Assembly: GCA_047602405.1 (NCBI GenBank) | Contig: JASGHJ010000001.1 | Span: 1,120,001-1,184,000 of the forward strand | Length of the DNA stretch: 64,000 bases | Direction: 5' to 3' | Source of the DNA: Anaeromyxobacteraceae bacterium | Lineage (GTDB): Bacteria > Myxococcota > Myxococcia > Myxococcales > Anaeromyxobacteraceae | In this document: positions 61,477-64,000 of the stretch, in pieces | Numbering within the stretch: position 1 is the stretch's first letter | Layout of the letters: every line of letters starts with the position of its first letter | The notes under the pieces: generated by a model | Told to the model about the DNA's origin: nothing | Seen by the model: the letters and a program-made list of their open reading frames with translations, nothing else | Databases searched by the model: none | Made by a program: the position numbers and the translations under genes

Positions 61477-62180
61477 CCCCTCGCCCCCGCATCGGCCTCA
61501 CCCTCGACGCCGCGGAGCGCCGCTACGAGCTCCCCCGCGCGTACGCCGACGCCATCCTCGCCGCCGGGGGCCTGCCCATCCTGCTCCCGCACGCGCCCGA
61601 GACGGCGGGCGCGTACCTCGCGCTCCTCGACGGCCTCGTCGTCTCCGGCGGCGCGTTCGACGTGCCGCCCGACCTCTACGGCGAGGCCGCGCGCGCGGAG
61701 CTGGGCACCACGCGCCCGGAGCGCACCGCCTTCGAGAAGGACCTCCTCGAGGCCGCGCTCGCCGCGAACCTGCCCGTGCTCGGCGTCTGCGGGGGCATGC
61801 AGCTCCTCAACGTGGTGCGCGGCGGGACCCTCTTCCAGGACCTGCCGGCGGACACCGGCATCCGCGGCCACGAGCAGCCGCCGCCGAAGGACGTGCCGTC
61901 GCACGAGGTGCAGGTGACGCCCGGCACCGTGCTCGCCGGCATCGTCGGCGCGGCGCCACTCCAGGTGAACTCGACGCACCACCAGGCCGTGCGGGAGCCG
62001 GGCGCAGGCGTGCTGGTCTCGGGCCGCGCCGCCGACGGCGTGGTCGAGGCGATCGAGCTCCCCGACCTGCGCTTCGCGCTCGGCGTGCAGTGGCACCCCG
62101 AGGCGACGTCCCGCAACGACCCGCGCCAGGCCGCGATCTACGGGGCGCTGGTGGCCGCCTCGCGGGAGCGAGGCCGGTGA
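61473..62180 (+). CDS. Peptidase C26 / gamma-glutamyl-gamma-aminobutyrate hydrolase family
   Basis: LGVCGGMQLLNV, VNSTHHQAV, GVQWHPE. Confidence 0.9.
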   Translation: MTPRPRIGLTLDAAERRYELPRAYADAILAAGGLPILLPHAPETAGAYLALLDGLVVSGGAFDVPPDLYGEAARAELGTTRPERTAFEKDLLEAALAANLPVLGVCGGMQLLNVVRGGTLFQDLPADTGIRGHEQPPPKDVPSHEVQVTPGTVLAGIVGAAPLQVNSTHHQAVREPGAGVLVSGRAADGVVEAIELPDLRFALGVQWHPEATSRNDPRQAAIYGALVAASRERGR

Positions 62181-62932
62181 CGCGGCCCCGCGTCCTCGTC
62201 GTCGCCGGCCTCGACCCCACCGGCGGCGCCGGGCTCGTCGCGGACCTCGAGGCCCTCTCCGCCGTCGGGGCGACCGGCTGGGCCGTCGCCTCCGCGCTCA
62301 CCGCGCAGGGCCCCGGCGCGCTCCGGCCCGGCCGCGCGCGCGGCATCCGGCCGACCACGCCCGACTTCCTCGAGGACCAGATCGACGCGCTCCTCGGCGG
62401 CGCCGAGCGCCCCGCCGCCGTGAAGACCGGCATGCTCGGCACCGCCGCGCTCGTCGCCGCCCTCGCCGACCGCCTGCGCGCGCGCCCCTTCACCCGCGTG
62501 CCGCTCGTCGTGGATCCGGTCCTGCTCGCGACCTCCGGGCTGCCGCTCCTCGAGCGCGGCTCGGCCTCCTTCGCCGAGGTCCTCGCGCCGCTCCTCGCGC
62601 GCGCCCGCGTCGCGACGCCGAACCTGCCCGAGCTCGCGCTCCTCACCGGCCTCGACGTCTCGACCGAGGCCGCCGCCGTCCGCGCCGCGCGGCTGCTCCC
62701 GTCGAGGGCCGTCGTCGTGAAGGGCGGCCACGCCGAGGGCGAGCCCGCGGATCTGCTCGTCGAGGGCCGGAGGGTCAGCCGCCTCACCGGCCGCCGCAGG
62801 CCCGGCACGGCCCGCGGCACCGGCTGCCGGTTTGCGTCCGCGCTCGCCGGCCTGCTCGCGCGCGGCGAGCCGCTCGAGGTCGCCGCGCGCGGCGCGAAGA
62901 GGGTCGTGGAGCGGTACCTGGACGGTCGCTAA
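62177..62932 (+). CDS. thiD: Hydroxymethylpyrimidine/phosphomethylpyrimidine kinase
   Basis: AGLDPTGGAGLVAD, VKTGML, VDPV, TPNLPE, KGGH, GTGC. Confidence 0.92.
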   Translation: MTRPRVLVVAGLDPTGGAGLVADLEALSAVGATGWAVASALTAQGPGALRPGRARGIRPTTPDFLEDQIDALLGGAERPAAVKTGMLGTAALVAALADRLRARPFTRVPLVVDPVLLATSGLPLLERGSASFAEVLAPLLARARVATPNLPELALLTGLDVSTEAAAVRAARLLPSRAVVVKGGHAEGEPADLLVEGRRVSRLTGRRRPGTARGTGCRFASALAGLLARGEPLEVAARGAKRVVERYLDGR

Positions 62933-63342
62933 GACGCCGTCGTCCCCGTCGCGACCTTCTTCCCCGCCTTCGTCCAGCCGTCGATGCCGGCCGGCATGAT
63001 GAAGACCTTCGTGTACCCCGCCTTGACGGCCGCACGGGCCGCCTGGTGGCAGGCGTGTCAACGCTCGTTCTTGCAGTAGAAGACGAGCCGCGTCGCCTTG
63101 TCGGCGGGGAGCTTCGAGGTCGGGTCGAGCTCGCTCCAGATCGCGCCGGGCACGTGCCCCTTCGCGTAGACCTCGGGGCCGTTCACGTCGAAGATCCTGG
63201 CGTCGGGCTTGCCGACGAGCGCCTCGACCTCGTCCACCGAGAGGCTTCCGAACGGGTCGGACTCGGCCCGCGCGGCGCCGGCCACCGCGAGGAGGCCGGC
63301 GAGCGACAGCGTGAGGGTGATGCGTTGCATGAGGAGGTTCAT
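62929..63342 (-). CDS. Exported rhodanese-domain protein with in-frame UGA (probable selenocysteine) at 63058-63060
   Basis: IFDVN, GHVPGA, VFYCKNER-UGA-HACHQAARAAVKAGYTKVFIMPAGIDGW completes the rhodanese fold; signal peptide. Confidence 0.85.
63017..63053 (-). promoter_or_regulatory. Bacterial SECIS-like hairpin
   Basis: CCUGCC-ACCA-GGCGGCC-[CGUGC]-GGCCGUC-AA-GGCGGG; loop begins 21 nt after UGA and has GU at loop positions 2-3. Confidence 0.7.
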
Positions 63343-63433
63343 GCCGCAGACATAACCGCGGCCGGGCGCCGGCGCTCGCGCGGCCGGGCGCAGCCTCGAG
63401 AGGAGGTGGAGCGGCACCTCGCCGCCCCCACCC

Positions 63434-64000
63434 TCAGTGTTCGAGCTTCAGGACGCTCGCGCCCGCGGCGCCCTGCACGAGGACCCAGATGACCCCGTCG
63501 TCGGTCGCCGCGATCCCGCTCGGCGTCCCGAAGGTGCTCACCGGGTAGGTGTCGTTCTCGAAGGTCGCGGTGTCCATCCACCCGACGACGTTCGATCCCG
63601 AGTACCAGACGCGCCCCTTCGTGTCGCGGTTGATGCGGCCGACCACGAGGCCCCCCGGCGTGCCGAGCGCGTCGCGGTCGGTGAGCGTCCCGGTGGGCGT
63701 GATCACCCCGAGCTTCCCGTCGTTGAACCAGACGTTCCCGTCCGAGCCGGTGACGAGCCAGAGCGGGTTCGAGAACGTGAGCGCCGTGTCGGTGGCGGGC
63801 GGCGGCGGCGACGGTTCCGGCAGCTCGGTGAAGACGCCCGCGGGCGTCGTGCGACGGAGCTTCCGGCGGTTGTACTCGGCCGACCAGAGGTTCCCGTCGG
63901 CGCCGAGCGTGATGCCGAAGAGGAGCGGGAAGGAGCCGGTAACCGGGAACGACTGCTGCGCCGCGACGTTCGCCGTGTCCACGCTGCCCACGTGGTTCTG
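63434..64000 (-). CDS. Virginiamycin B lyase (Vgb)-like beta-propeller protein, C-terminal part
   Basis: Repeats GITLGADGNLW, VTGSDGNVWF, GIAATDDGVIW; start outside window. Confidence 0.8.
   Translation of the reverse strand, partial: QNHVGSVDTANVAAQQSFPVTGSFPLLFGITLGADGNLWSAEYNRRKLRRTTPAGVFTELPEPSPPPPATDTALTFSNPLWLVTGSDGNVWFNDGKLGVITPTGTLTDRDALGTPGGLVVGRINRDTKGRVWYSGSNVVGWMDTATFENDTYPVSTFGTPSGIAATDDGVIWVLVQGAAGASVLKLEH

Noticed and set aside
62177..63342. Functional link between the rhodanese and thiamine sulfur transfer
   Set aside because: The genes are only convergent, and the rhodanese appears exported while thiazole synthesis is cytoplasmic

Overview
Very GC-rich bacterial chromosomal window whose gene content and style point to a myxobacterium, probably Anaeromyxobacter-like (inference). 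It is mostly core metabolism and envelope genes: a sigma54-driven exbB-exbD-tonB-TonB-dependent receptor-lipoprotein operon, a lipase/FadL pair facing ptb-buk-etfBA, terC, mltA, two chemoreceptors, PBP1A, tatBC, a thiolase, a YgiQ radical SAM gene, bioAD, htrA and thiE-C26-thiD. I saw no rRNA, tRNA, CRISPR array, transposase or integrase. Features the ORF track misses: (1) an exported rhodanese with an in-frame UGA and a SECIS-like hairpin, a probable selenoprotein (62929-63342); (2) a structured ~200-nt leader between a sigma54 promoter and exbB that I cannot match to a known riboswitch; (3) an 11-bp near-palindrome GTGCCGGACAC, almost entirely intergenic and arrayed at a 23-24 bp period; (4) a REP-like palindrome family, with two copies translated in frame inside proteins; (5) a sigma54 unit of a 24-aa peptide plus a membrane-anchored, truncated GcvH-like protein; (6) many apparently leaderless genes; (7) three single-base frameshifts at or beside GATC, probably sequencing errors.
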